In this document: piece after piece, positions 28,098 through 37,520 of the stretch
Layout of the letters: each line of letters starts with the position of its first letter
Numbering within the stretch: position 1 is the stretch's first letter
From: an uncultured bacterium
Lineage (GTDB): Bacteria > Pseudomonadota > Gammaproteobacteria > Burkholderiales > Burkholderiaceae_E
NCBI GenBank assembly: GCA_903907905.1
Contig: CAIVPX010000137.1
Location: 3,352 to 67,351 of the forward strand
Length of the DNA stretch: 64,000 bases
Reading direction: 5' to 3'
The notes under the pieces: generated by a model
Database searches by the model: none
What the model saw: only the letters and a program-made list of their open reading frames with translations
Told to the model about the DNA's origin: nothing
Translations under genes and position numbers: made by a program

Positions 28098-28346
28098 TCA
28101 GCGCAACTCTTCGATCAGTCCGTGGGTGACCAGTTTTTTGCGCAGCGTATTGCGGTTGATGCCGAGAATCTCGCTTGCCCGCACCTGATTGCCTTGGGCT
28201 TGGCGCATCACGACCTCGAGCAAGGGGCGTTCGACGGCCTGAATCACCATATCGTAGACCTGCGAGGGGGCCTGTCCTTCGAGGTCGCGAAAGTATTTCT
28301 CGAGGCTGCGAATGATGACCTCGTCGAGGGTGCTGGACCTGCTCAT
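28098..28346 (-). CDS. fis: DNA-binding protein Fis
   Basis: 82 aa. C-terminal HTH QGNQVRASEILGINRNTLRKKL. Lies downstream of dusB as in the conserved dusB-fis operon. Confidence 0.9.
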   Translation of the reverse strand: MSRSSTLDEVIIRSLEKYFRDLEGQAPSQVYDMVIQAVERPLLEVVMRQAQGNQVRASEILGINRNTLRKKLVTHGLIEELR

Positions 28347-28357
28347 GCGTGTCGGTT

Positions 28358-29401
28358 CTATTGCAACGGGTTGGCGAGTGCCGACGCCTGGGCGGCGGCG
28401 TCATGGTCGAGGGGGGCGGGCTGCCAGAGGCTGCGCTCGGCTTGCTCGGCCAGCCAGCGGTCGACCGAATCGATTTGATCGTCGGGTGACTCGAGCGCGT
28501 AGAACGCGCTCAGAAAATCGTCTGCGCCGTGCAGGCCAGCCAGATACCAGCCGACATGCTTGCGCGCGGTACGCACCCCCGTGAAGGTGCCATGAAAGGC
28601 GTAGTGATCGTGAAGGTGGTCGCGCAGCAGTTGCCGCATCTCGTCAAGCCCCGGAGGCGCGAGGTGTTCGCCGGTTTCGAGAAAACTTGCGATTTCGCGA
28701 AAGATCCACGGTCGACCCTGGGCGGCCCGTCCGATCATCACGGCGTCGGCGCCGGTTTTCCGCAGCACCTCACGCGCACGCTCGGGGCTGTCGATGTCGC
28801 CATTGGCCACCACCGGGATCGAGACCTCGGCTTTCACCGATGCAATGGTGTCGTACTCGGCCAGACCCTTGAAGGCGCAGGCCCGGGTGCGGCCGTGAAC
28901 GGTCAGCATGGCCGCCCCCGCGCGCTCGGCATCACGGGCCAGTCGCACGGCGTTGCGATGCAGGGGGTCGGGTCCGGTACGCATCTTGACGGTGACCGGG
29001 ACATCGACCGCGTTGGCGACCGCATCGATGATGGCCAGGGCCAGGCTTTCATTGGCCATCAGGGCGGAGCCTGCCTGGAGCTTGCAGACCTTCTTGGCCG
29101 GACAGCCCATGTTGATGTCGATGATCTGGGCACCGCGATCGACATTGAAGCGCGCGGCCTCGGCCATCATGGCCGGATCGGCGCCGGCGATCTGCACCGC
29201 ACGCGGCTCGATCTCGCCCGCATGATCGAGCCGTCGCGAGGTCTTGACCGACTGCCAGAGGGCCGGATTCGAGGCTGCCATTTCTGATACTGCGTAGCCT
29301 GCGCCAAGCCGCTTACAAAGCTGCCGATAGGGGCGGTCGGTTACCCCAGCCATCGGTGCGACGATGACCTGGTTGCGAAGCGCGTAGGGTCCGATCTGCA
29401 T
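28358..29401 (-). CDS. dusB: tRNA-dihydrouridine synthase B
   Basis: ORF 28358..29536. ATG at 29401 gives MQIGPYALRNQVIVAPMAGVTDRPYR, the canonical Dus N-terminus. Confidence 0.9.
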   Translation of the reverse strand: MQIGPYALRNQVIVAPMAGVTDRPYRQLCKRLGAGYAVSEMAASNPALWQSVKTSRRLDHAGEIEPRAVQIAGADPAMMAEAARFNVDRGAQIIDINMGCPAKKVCKLQAGSALMANESLALAIIDAVANAVDVPVTVKMRTGPDPLHRNAVRLARDAERAGAAMLTVHGRTRACAFKGLAEYDTIASVKAEVSIPVVANGDIDSPERAREVLRKTGADAVMIGRAAQGRPWIFREIASFLETGEHLAPPGLDEMRQLLRDHLHDHYAFHGTFTGVRTARKHVGWYLAGLHGADDFLSAFYALESPDDQIDSVDRWLAEQAERSLWQPAPLDHDAAAQASALANPLQ

Positions 29402-29557
29402 GGTCTTGGGGGGCTGATGGCGGGGTCGCCCGGGCGTGGGCGAGTTGCGGCAAAACAGCGTGTGGGCGTCGGATCGTGGTGGCCGGGGGAGCGATTCTAG
29501 AGCAAAGTGCTCTGCACAAAAAATCAGCAGCGACAACGGGCGGCCAGGCTCGTATTT

Positions 29558-30664
29558 TTACACCCTGCGAACGCCCCGCATGAAGAAGGCTCCCATGGCG
29601 TGCCGGAGCGGGGCGATGAGGTCGATCGCGAGCAAGGCCGAGGACTGAAGCGGTTGAAGGGCGTTGCTGCAGGTCAGGCTTGCCAGGGCATCGGTGAGCG
29701 TGACCAGGGCAAGCTGATCGGGCTTGCGCAGTCGGGCATAGCGCTCGAGCGTCTGCTCGGCGGTGGCCGAGGTGGCGCGGGCCTGACCGAGACATTGCGC
29801 CAGCACCAGTGCATCACGCAGACCCAGATTGAGTCCCTGGCCGGCCACCGGGTGCAGGCTCTGCGCCGCGTTACCGATGGCGACACGGTGAGGGCCGAGG
29901 CGTGGATCACGCCAGCGTCGGCCGACGGCGCTGACGTGCCGCGTGCTGGCGAGCGTGAACCGACCGAGCAGGGGCCCGAAGGCTTCGTGCAGTTGGCTGC
30001 AGAAGTCCTCCTCGCTCAGTTCCGCGCGCGCCCGGGCCGTCGCCTCGGGCGCGCACCAGACCAGCGCGCGTCGACCCGCTTCGGGCAGTGGCAACAGCGC
30101 CAGGGGGCCCTCCGGGGTGAAGCGCTCGAAAGCGCAGCCAGGTTGGTCGTGGCTGACGAAGACCTCGGCGAGTAGCGCTTGCTGATTGAAGTCGCGCGCA
30201 TTGGCCTGCCCAGCTTGCCCCGGATCGCCGTCGGCCACGATGGTGAGTGAGGCGTTGGGCAGGATGAGTGCTTCGGCGCCGGCGGACTGCTCGAGGGCCT
30301 CGCGCAATAGCCGGTGCAGGTTGCCGTAGCGAATGACCGCACCCAGCATGGGCACCCGCTGGTCGTGCGCATCGATGCAGGTGCTGCCCAGGGCGCCCCG
30401 GCGCGAGATGTCGACCTGGGTGATGGCAGCCGCATGGGCGGGAGGCTGACAGATTTGATCACTGCCCAATCCGGGCACGATGCGTCCGAGCAACTGAAGG
30501 CTACCCAGCGATAGCGCGAGCGCGCGCGAGGCAAGCCATTCCGGGAGTGGGTCTGGCAGCGGATCGGCATCAATATCGCAGGCGCGAAAGCCCTGACGGC
30601 GCAGCATCAGTTGCAGCGCCATCGCAACCGGCCCCCGCCCTTCGATTCGCAGCGCTCGGATCAT
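29558..30664 (-). CDS. UbiH/UbiF/VisC-family FAD-dependent monooxygenase (short N-terminus)
   Basis: 368 aa. C-terminal family motif RVAIGNAAQSLHPVAGQGLNLGLRD. The N-terminal dinucleotide-binding motif is reduced to EGRGPVAMA. Lies next to pepP, as ubiH often does. Confidence 0.75.
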   Translation of the reverse strand: MIRALRIEGRGPVAMALQLMLRRQGFRACDIDADPLPDPLPEWLASRALALSLGSLQLLGRIVPGLGSDQICQPPAHAAAITQVDISRRGALGSTCIDAHDQRVPMLGAVIRYGNLHRLLREALEQSAGAEALILPNASLTIVADGDPGQAGQANARDFNQQALLAEVFVSHDQPGCAFERFTPEGPLALLPLPEAGRRALVWCAPEATARARAELSEEDFCSQLHEAFGPLLGRFTLASTRHVSAVGRRWRDPRLGPHRVAIGNAAQSLHPVAGQGLNLGLRDALVLAQCLGQARATSATAEQTLERYARLRKPDQLALVTLTDALASLTCSNALQPLQSSALLAIDLIAPLRHAMGAFFMRGVRRV

Positions 30665-30690
30665 GGTGGCCTGCTCGGGCTTGTTGCGGA

Positions 30691-32034
30691 TCAGCGCTGC
30701 ATCAGGGCTTCGATCTCATCGGCCGTCTTGGGCACATCGGCCGTGAGAATTTCGCAGCCTGTGGGCGTCACCAGCGCATCGTCCTCGATCCGGATACCGA
30801 TGTCGTGGAAGTGGCGCGGGATGTCGTCAGCGGCGCGGACATAGAGGCCGGGCTCTTCGGTGAGGACCATGCCGGGTCGAAGGATGCGCCAGGGCTTTTC
30901 GGTGCCGCTGGCAGGCGCTCCCGGCTCGCGATAGTCGCCGCAGTCGTGCACGTCCATGCCCAGCCAGTGGCCGGTGCGATGCATGTAGAAGCGGCGATAG
31001 GCCCCCGACTCGATGGCGGCATCGAGCGGCCCGCTGATCAGCCCGCAGTCGATCATGCCCCGCGCGAGCACGCGTACGGCCGCATCATGGGGGTCGATGA
31101 AGCGCATGCCCGGGCGCGTGGCGTCGATGGCCGCGCGTTGGGCCTCGAGCACGATGTCGTAGAGGGCCCGCTGCGCGCCGGTGAAGCGCCCGCTGACCGG
31201 AAAGGTGCGGGTGATATCGGAGGCGTAGCCATCGAGTTCGCAGCCTGCGTCGATCAGCAGCAGGTCGCCCTCGGTCAGTTGCGCATCGTTGGACCGGTAG
31301 TGCAGCACGCAGGCGTGCCGGCCGCTTGCCACGATAGAGCCGTAGGCGGGGGCCTTGGAGCCCGCCCGACGGAACTCGTGCTCGATCTCGGCTTCAATCT
31401 CGAATTCGAAGCCACCCGGCCGGGTGGCCTGCATGGCGCGTACGTGGGCTGCCGCCGAGATCTTGGCCGCACGGCGCATCACGTCGATTTCGTGCGCATC
31501 CTTGATCAGACGCATCTCGTCGAGCAACGAGCGGATCTCCCAGACCTGTGCCGGCGCACTGACCCCGGTGCGGGCCTGACCACGGACCGCGCTGAGCCAG
31601 CGTGCGAGTTGCGCGTCGTGATCGGCGTTGCTGCCGATCTGCGTGAACACCGCGCGCTGATCGGCAAGCAGTCGGGGCAACTCGCTGTCCAGCGTCTTGA
31701 CGCTCAGGCCTCGATCGAAGCCGAAGCGCTCGCGGGCGAGGCCAGGGCCGAAGCGGTAGCCGTCCCAGATCTCGCGTTCTTCGTCCTTGTCGCGGCAGAA
31801 CAGGGTGGTCTGGCTGCCGCCGCCATCGACCTGGATGACCAGGGTTGCATCGGGTTCGGTGAACCCGGTGAGGTAGTAGAAGTAGCTGTCCCAGCGATAG
31901 GGGTAGTGGCTGTCGCGGTTGCGCAGCACTTCGGGTGCCGTGTGCACCACCGCCACGCCGCCGCCGCGTTCACGGATGAGTTCGGCAAGCGTGTCGCGGC
32001 GGGATTGGTAAGGCTGCATAGGGACTCCAGGCAA
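30691..32034 (-). CDS. pepP: Xaa-Pro aminopeptidase PepP (M24B)
   Basis: 447 aa. HRTGHWLGMDVHD and EPGLY motifs with creatinase-like N-domain features. Confidence 0.9.
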   Translation of the reverse strand: MPGVPMQPYQSRRDTLAELIRERGGGVAVVHTAPEVLRNRDSHYPYRWDSYFYYLTGFTEPDATLVIQVDGGGSQTTLFCRDKDEEREIWDGYRFGPGLARERFGFDRGLSVKTLDSELPRLLADQRAVFTQIGSNADHDAQLARWLSAVRGQARTGVSAPAQVWEIRSLLDEMRLIKDAHEIDVMRRAAKISAAAHVRAMQATRPGGFEFEIEAEIEHEFRRAGSKAPAYGSIVASGRHACVLHYRSNDAQLTEGDLLLIDAGCELDGYASDITRTFPVSGRFTGAQRALYDIVLEAQRAAIDATRPGMRFIDPHDAAVRVLARGMIDCGLISGPLDAAIESGAYRRFYMHRTGHWLGMDVHDCGDYREPGAPASGTEKPWRILRPGMVLTEEPGLYVRAADDIPRHFHDIGIRIEDDALVTPTGCEILTADVPKTADEIEALMQR

Positions 32035-32042
32035 CGATCAGC

Positions 32043-32741
32043 TCAGGGCATACGAGCCGTCGGGTGTGTCAATTCTGCATCGAGTTGGCGCAGACGATCG
32101 GGCGTACCCACATCGACCCAGGGGCCCGCCAGACGTTCGGCGCCGGCGTAACCGGCGTCGGCCTGGGCGCGCAGCAAGGGCGCAAGGCGGGCGGGCTGGC
32201 CGTCGGGCAGATCAGCAAATACATCGGGGTGATACACGCCAATGCCGCTAAAGGTGAAGCGGGGCAAGCCCTGATTGAGCAGGCGCCCGCTCTCGATCGA
32301 GAAGTCGCCCTGCGGATGGTGATCAGGATTGTCGACCAGTACGCACCAGACCTGCAGGCGCGCGCTGCGCATCTGCTGCGAGATGGTGTGGGCGCGCGTG
32401 AAGTCAAAGCGTGTGAACACGTCGCCGTTGATGACCAGAAAGGGGTTGGCGCCCAGCCAGGGCAGCGCGTGGCGAATGCCGCCCGCTGTCTCCAGGGCCG
32501 TGGTCTCAGGCGAGTAACGGATGCTCAGGCCCCAGGGATGCCCCGAGCCGAGCCGCTGCTCGATCAGGTGCCCGAGGTGGGCGTGATTGATCACCACCTC
32601 GCGGATGCCCGCGCGAGCGAGGGCCTCGAGGTGCCACACGATGAGGGGCTTGCCGCCTGCTTCGAGCAAGGGCTTGGGGCAGTGGTCGGTGAGCGGACGC
32701 ATGCGTTCACCTCGACCGGCTGCAAGAATCATCGCCCGCAT
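32043..32741 (-). CDS. murU: sugar-phosphate nucleotidyltransferase, MurU-like (MurNAc-alpha-1-P uridylyltransferase)
   Basis: ORF 32043..33158 is over-extended. ATG at 32741 gives MRAMILAAGRGERMRPLTDHCPKPLL (nucleotidyltransferase G-rich loop). Lies directly after an AmgK-like kinase gene. Confidence 0.8.
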   Translation of the reverse strand: MRAMILAAGRGERMRPLTDHCPKPLLEAGGKPLIVWHLEALARAGIREVVINHAHLGHLIEQRLGSGHPWGLSIRYSPETTALETAGGIRHALPWLGANPFLVINGDVFTRFDFTRAHTISQQMRSARLQVWCVLVDNPDHHPQGDFSIESGRLLNQGLPRFTFSGIGVYHPDVFADLPDGQPARLAPLLRAQADAGYAGAERLAGPWVDVGTPDRLRQLDAELTHPTARMP

Positions 32742-32763
32742 GATGGCCCTGCGTTGTCCGGGT

Positions 32764-33798
32764 TCAGAAGGTGTAGCCGCTGCGTGACTCAGTCTGCTCG
32801 ACCTCCTCGAGTACGCGCACCAGACCGGAGAGTGCGCCGTAGCGCCGGGCGGCGGCCAGCGCGTAGGCGAGTACTCTGGGCATATCGACCAGATAGCGGC
32901 GCTTGCCGTCGCGATGACACAGCCGCGCGAAGATGCCCAGGACCTTGAGCTGCCGCTGCAGCCCCATCCATTCGAAGTCCCGGTAGAACTCGCCGAAATC
33001 GTCCTGTACGGGGAGGCCTTGGGCGCGAGCTTTCTCCCAGTAGCGGATCGCCCAATCGATCTGGCGCGCTTCGGGCCAGTCGATGTAGGCGTCGCGCAGC
33101 AGCGAGACCAGGTCGTAGGTGATCGGCCCGTAGACCGCATCCTGGAAGTCGAGCACACCCGGATTGCGTGACGTTTGCAGGCGCATCAGGTTGCGGCTGT
33201 GATAGTCGCGGTGAACGAACACCCTGGGCTGGGCGAGGTTGTTGGCAATCAGGCAATCGAAGGATTCGGCCAGCGCCTGTCTGCTGGCGGAGGATAATTC
33301 GAGGGCCTTGTGTCGGCCTACATACCAATCGGGGTAGAGCGCGAGTTCCCGCGTGAGCAGTGCGCGGTCGTAGTCGGGAAAAACGCCAGGCCGGCTTGCG
33401 CCTTGCAGCCTGACCAGCGCGTCGCAGGCATCGCGGTAGAGGCCGTCGGCGGTGGAGTCATCGAGGCAGGCCAGGTAGGTGTCATCACCCAGGTCTTCGA
33501 GTAGCAGAAAGCCGAGCGCCGGTTCGGCATGCAGGACTCTGGGCACGCTGAGGCCGGCCTGTGCCAGCACCTGCGCGGCATACAGGAAAGGCGCGCAGTC
33601 TTCCTTGTCGGGCGGCGCGTCCATGAGGATGAGGCTGCGGTGCTCCGCGGCGTCGCTGTCGAGCCGAAAGTAGCGCCGAAAGCTCGCGTCATCCGACGCC
33701 GATCGAATGGAGTCGGGGCGCAGCGCAAAACGGGCGGGCAGATGCGCCGTCCATTGCCTGAGTTGGGTCAGGCGCTCGTCGGCGGGCGTTGCATTCAT
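32764..33798 (-). CDS. amgK: aminoglycoside-phosphotransferase-fold kinase, AmgK-like (anomeric MurNAc/GlcNAc kinase)
   Basis: 344 aa. APH-fold catalytic region VFVHRDYHSRNLM and DFQDAVYGPITYDL. Divergent from lptD. Confidence 0.8.
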   Translation of the reverse strand: MNATPADERLTQLRQWTAHLPARFALRPDSIRSASDDASFRRYFRLDSDAAEHRSLILMDAPPDKEDCAPFLYAAQVLAQAGLSVPRVLHAEPALGFLLLEDLGDDTYLACLDDSTADGLYRDACDALVRLQGASRPGVFPDYDRALLTRELALYPDWYVGRHKALELSSASRQALAESFDCLIANNLAQPRVFVHRDYHSRNLMRLQTSRNPGVLDFQDAVYGPITYDLVSLLRDAYIDWPEARQIDWAIRYWEKARAQGLPVQDDFGEFYRDFEWMGLQRQLKVLGIFARLCHRDGKRRYLVDMPRVLAYALAAARRYGALSGLVRVLEEVEQTESRSGYTF

Positions 33799-33903
33799 GA
33801 AAGGTTTGGGCCAGGCCGGGTCAGAAGGAAGGGGAGTCCCTATAATAGTCGATCGCCTCGTTGCATCCCGACCGGTCTTCTGCGTCCGGCCCCCCGCCCC
33901 GTC

Positions 33904-36180
33904 ATGCTCTGCCGAATCCGTCGCCTGATCCGCAGCCTGCTTCCCGGGGCGCTATGGGCCTTTGCGCAGGCCGCGGGCGCTCAGGCGGGAGCGCCCGGTT
34001 TTTCTCTGAAGCTCGACGGTAGTTTGTCCGAAGCGGCGCGTGCGGCCGAGACCATGCCGGCTTTTGGTCGGGCCCGCCAGGTCGAGGGGCGGATGGACCG
34101 CGAGACCACGCTCATCGGTGAGGCCGAGGTGCGCAGGGCCGGTAGCGTCATCCGCGGGGATCGCCTCACCTACTATCACGCCGACGATGAACTCTTTGCA
34201 GTCGGCAATGTACGCGTCACGCGCGACGGCAACGTTTTCACGGGCCCGGCCCTGCAACTCAAGGTCGACACCAACGAAGGCACCTTCACCAGTCCGAGCT
34301 ATTACCTCGCGCTCCAGGGCGGCGGGCGCGGGCGTGCCGAGCGCATCGACTTCCTGGGGCCCGGCAAGACCAGCATGTTGCGCGCCACCTTCAGCACCTG
34401 CGGGCCCGAGTCGCCCGACTGGGTGCTGTCGAGCCGTACGCTGCTGTTTGACCAGGACGCTGCCGAAGGGGTGGGACGCTCGGCGGTGCTCACCTTCAAG
34501 GACACGCCCATCGTCGCCACGCCCTACATGGCGTTTGCGCTGGGCAATGAAAGGCGCTCAGGGTTCCTGCCCCCCACCTTTGGCCTGACCTCGCGTAGTG
34601 GTGCCGATCTGATGGTGCCCTGGTACTGGAACCTCCAGCACAACATGGATGCCACCCTGTATCCGAGGGTTAGCACCCGACGGGGGGCGCAGATCGGTGG
34701 CGAATTCCGTTATCTCGAGAGCTCGTATTCGGGTGAAACCCGGGTCGAGGCTAATCCCCACGATCCCGACACCGCAGGACCGCGCTACTTCTGGCAGAGT
34801 CGGCACGGTTTCAGTAATCTCGGGGGCTGGTCAGGAGGCTGGGACCTGCGGGGCGTATCCGACGACAAGTACTTTGTCGATTATTCCCGCTCCATCGTCA
34901 CCAGCGCCGACCGGGTCCTGCCCCGCGTCGTGAGTATGGGCCGCTCGCTCAGCGATGACTGGTCGATGCAGGTGTCGGTGCAGAAATACCAGTCCATTCT
35001 CGATGCCCGGCCCGGTCCGTACGAGCGTGAACCGCAGGTGCTCACACGCTATCTCGCCCGCGATCGGTCGGGGTTCGATCTGGCCAGCTCCTTCGATGTG
35101 ACCGAGTTTCGTCATCCCGATCCGTTGCGCCCCTATGGCACGCGCGCGATCGCGAATCCGCAGGTGTCTTGGCCGGTGCGGCGCTCGGGCTGGTTTTTCG
35201 TGCCCAAGGCGTCGGTACATGCCAGCAACTACCAGATCGATCAGGTGGCTGGCCCCGGTTACGAGTTGAACCGTACTGTGCCCACCTGGTCGCTCGATGG
35301 CGGGCTCTTGTTTGAGCGCCCGATGCTGCTGGGCAGCCAGACCGTCACACAGACGCTCGAGCCCCGTCTCTTTTACGTGCGCACGCCCTACCGGGATCAG
35401 TCGGCCTTTCCCCTCTTTGATACGGTGCAGGCCGACTTCAATTTCTCGCAGCTTTTTTCCGAGAACACCTTCATCGGCAACGACCGGCTGGCCGACGTCA
35501 ATCAACTTACGGCGGCTGCCGTTTCGCGGCTGATCGACCCGGCCACCGGCGCCGAGGGGCTGCGATTTGCGACCGGCTTTCGCAGCTACTTCTCGGATCA
35601 GCGGGTGTCCATCCCAGGCATTACGCCGCGCACCGATAAACGATCCGATCTGCTCGTCGCCGCGGCGGGGCCGGTGGCCCCGCACTGGAGTGTGGACACG
35701 GGGCTGCAATACAGCATGGCGACCACGCGCCTGCCTCGCGTCAACATCGCGACCCGCTATCTGCCGCCGGATGGCCGCATTCTCAATGCAGGGGTGCGCT
35801 ATCGGCGGGACCAACTCGGCCAGATCGACCTCTCATCACGCTGGCCTGTCGCAGACGGCTGGAATTCGCTCGCGCGCTTCAATTACTCCTTCCTGCAGCA
35901 AGGGGTCGACCCGTTCAGCGGCCTGCGCAACGAACGCGGCGTAGTCGAGGCCCTGGCGGGCTTCGAGTATCAGGCCTCCTGCTGGGCCCTTCGGGTGGTG
36001 ACGCAGCGATTTCGCACCGCCGCGAGCGAGGCGACGACAGCCTTTTTCCTGCAACTTGAGTTGAATGGTATCGGCAGCATCGGGCAGAATCCATTCCTGG
36101 TCCTGCAACGGAACATTCCTGGCTACCGGCTGCCCCAAGGGCCGATCGAGCCAGGCTCGCGTTACTTTGGCTACGAATGA
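33904..36180 (+). CDS. lptD: LPS-assembly outer-membrane protein LptD
   Basis: ORF 33529..36180. ATG at 33904 gives the signal peptide MLCRIRRLIRSLLPGALWAFAQAAGAQA, an OstA-like N-domain and a large beta-barrel. Followed by surA. Confidence 0.9.
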   Translation: MLCRIRRLIRSLLPGALWAFAQAAGAQAGAPGFSLKLDGSLSEAARAAETMPAFGRARQVEGRMDRETTLIGEAEVRRAGSVIRGDRLTYYHADDELFAVGNVRVTRDGNVFTGPALQLKVDTNEGTFTSPSYYLALQGGGRGRAERIDFLGPGKTSMLRATFSTCGPESPDWVLSSRTLLFDQDAAEGVGRSAVLTFKDTPIVATPYMAFALGNERRSGFLPPTFGLTSRSGADLMVPWYWNLQHNMDATLYPRVSTRRGAQIGGEFRYLESSYSGETRVEANPHDPDTAGPRYFWQSRHGFSNLGGWSGGWDLRGVSDDKYFVDYSRSIVTSADRVLPRVVSMGRSLSDDWSMQVSVQKYQSILDARPGPYEREPQVLTRYLARDRSGFDLASSFDVTEFRHPDPLRPYGTRAIANPQVSWPVRRSGWFFVPKASVHASNYQIDQVAGPGYELNRTVPTWSLDGGLLFERPMLLGSQTVTQTLEPRLFYVRTPYRDQSAFPLFDTVQADFNFSQLFSENTFIGNDRLADVNQLTAAAVSRLIDPATGAEGLRFATGFRSYFSDQRVSIPGITPRTDKRSDLLVAAAGPVAPHWSVDTGLQYSMATTRLPRVNIATRYLPPDGRILNAGVRYRRDQLGQIDLSSRWPVADGWNSLARFNYSFLQQGVDPFSGLRNERGVVEALAGFEYQASCWALRVVTQRFRTAASEATTAFFLQLELNGIGSIGQNPFLVLQRNIPGYRLPQGPIEPGSRYFGYE

Positions 36181-37520
36181 TGCATAACACCCGCCTCTCC
36201 CGTCTGTCCGTCTCGCTGTGGGCCGCTTCGATCTTGCTAGTCTCAGGCCAGGTCTGTTCGCAGACCTCCCGGATTGAGGCGCTGCGCACCCTCGAGGGTA
36301 TCGCCGCAGTGGTCAATGCCGAGGTCATTACCCGCCAGGAGTTGGCCCGGCAGATCGAGCAGGTTCGCCGCCAACTAGCCAGCCGCAACATCGAACTGCC
36401 GCCGGCCGACGTGCTGTCCAGTCAGGTACTCGATCGCATGATCACCGATCGCGCTCAAGTGCAGATGGCCCGGGAGATGGGCATCCGGATCGATGAGGTC
36501 CAGCTCGAGCGGGCGCTGGGCAGCATTGCAGCTGAGCGTGGGCTCACCATGACGCAGTTGCGTGCCCGCGCCGACAGCGAGGGCGCAGGCTTCGAAAGAC
36601 TGCGCGAAGACGTTCGAATCGAGCTGATGCAGGCACGGTTGCGCGAGCGTGAGGTCGATGCCCGCGTGCAGATCAGCGAGGCCGACATTGATGCCTTCAT
36701 CGCCGAGCGGGAGCGCTCGGCTGCCGAACAACTCGAGTTCGAACTGGCGCAAATTCTCGTTCGCGTGGCTGAAGGCGCGTCGGCCGACGAAATTCAACGT
36801 CGACGCGCGCGGGCCGAGGAGGTGCTGGCTGCGGCGTCCCGCAGCGGCACCGACTTTGCCACGCTGGCCGCCTCGTTTTCCGACGCCGGCGATGCCATGA
36901 GCGGAGGCTCGCTGGGCTGGCGCGCGGCCGAGCGTCTGCCGCAAATATTTGTCGATGCGGCGCGCAAGCTCAAGCCCGGCGGGGTCACGCTGGTTCGCAG
37001 CCCCAACGGCTTTCACGTGCTGAAACTGGTCAACCAGCGCAGCGCTGCGAGCGATACAGGGCTGTCGGCGCCCGTTACCCAGACCCGGGCCCGCCATCTG
37101 CTCTTGCGCGTCGGTGATGGGCAGGCCGAGGCGCAGGCGCTTCGCCGCATCAGCGACATCCGTGCGCGCATCGCCAATGGCAGTGCCGAGTTTGCTGAGA
37201 TGGCCCGGCAAAATTCGGCCGACGGCACGGCGGGGCGGGGGGGCGAACTGGGCTGGATCCTCCCTGGCGACACCGTGCCTGAATTCGAGCGCGCAATGAA
37301 TGCCCTCAAGCCGGGTGAACTGAGCGAGCCCGTGCGCTCGCCCTTCGGATTTCACCTCATCGAGGTCCTCGAGCGTCGGGTTGAAGCCGCCGCACCCGAT
37401 CGGGTGCGCAGTGCGGCCAAGCAGGCCCTGAGGGAGCAGCGAAGCGAGGAAGTCTGGCAGGACTGGTTGCGTCAGTTGCGCGACAGCACCTACGTCGAAC
37501 TACGCATTGATGAATCCTGA
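36177..37520 (+). CDS. surA: periplasmic chaperone / PPIase SurA
   Basis: 447 aa. Signal peptide, N-terminal chaperone domain, two parvulin domains (GFHVLKL, FGFHLIEV). 4-nt overlap with the lptD stop. Confidence 0.9.
   Translation: MMHNTRLSRLSVSLWAASILLVSGQVCSQTSRIEALRTLEGIAAVVNAEVITRQELARQIEQVRRQLASRNIELPPADVLSSQVLDRMITDRAQVQMAREMGIRIDEVQLERALGSIAAERGLTMTQLRARADSEGAGFERLREDVRIELMQARLREREVDARVQISEADIDAFIAERERSAAEQLEFELAQILVRVAEGASADEIQRRRARAEEVLAAASRSGTDFATLAASFSDAGDAMSGGSLGWRAAERLPQIFVDAARKLKPGGVTLVRSPNGFHVLKLVNQRSAASDTGLSAPVTQTRARHLLLRVGDGQAEAQALRRISDIRARIANGSAEFAEMARQNSADGTAGRGGELGWILPGDTVPEFERAMNALKPGELSEPVRSPFGFHLIEVLERRVEAAAPDRVRSAAKQALREQRSEEVWQDWLRQLRDSTYVELRIDES

Noticed and set aside
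30547-32151. 534-aa plus-strand ORF covering pepP
   Set aside because: It is antisense to a well-supported M24B aminopeptidase gene. It has biased composition (Ala/Gly/Arg/Asp) and no recognisable domain.
34831-37355. Minus-strand ORFs 34831-35814 (327 aa) and 36375-37355 (326 aa)
   Set aside because: They are antisense to lptD and surA, which are strongly supported by motifs and synteny. Their composition is Arg/Gly/Ala/His-biased.
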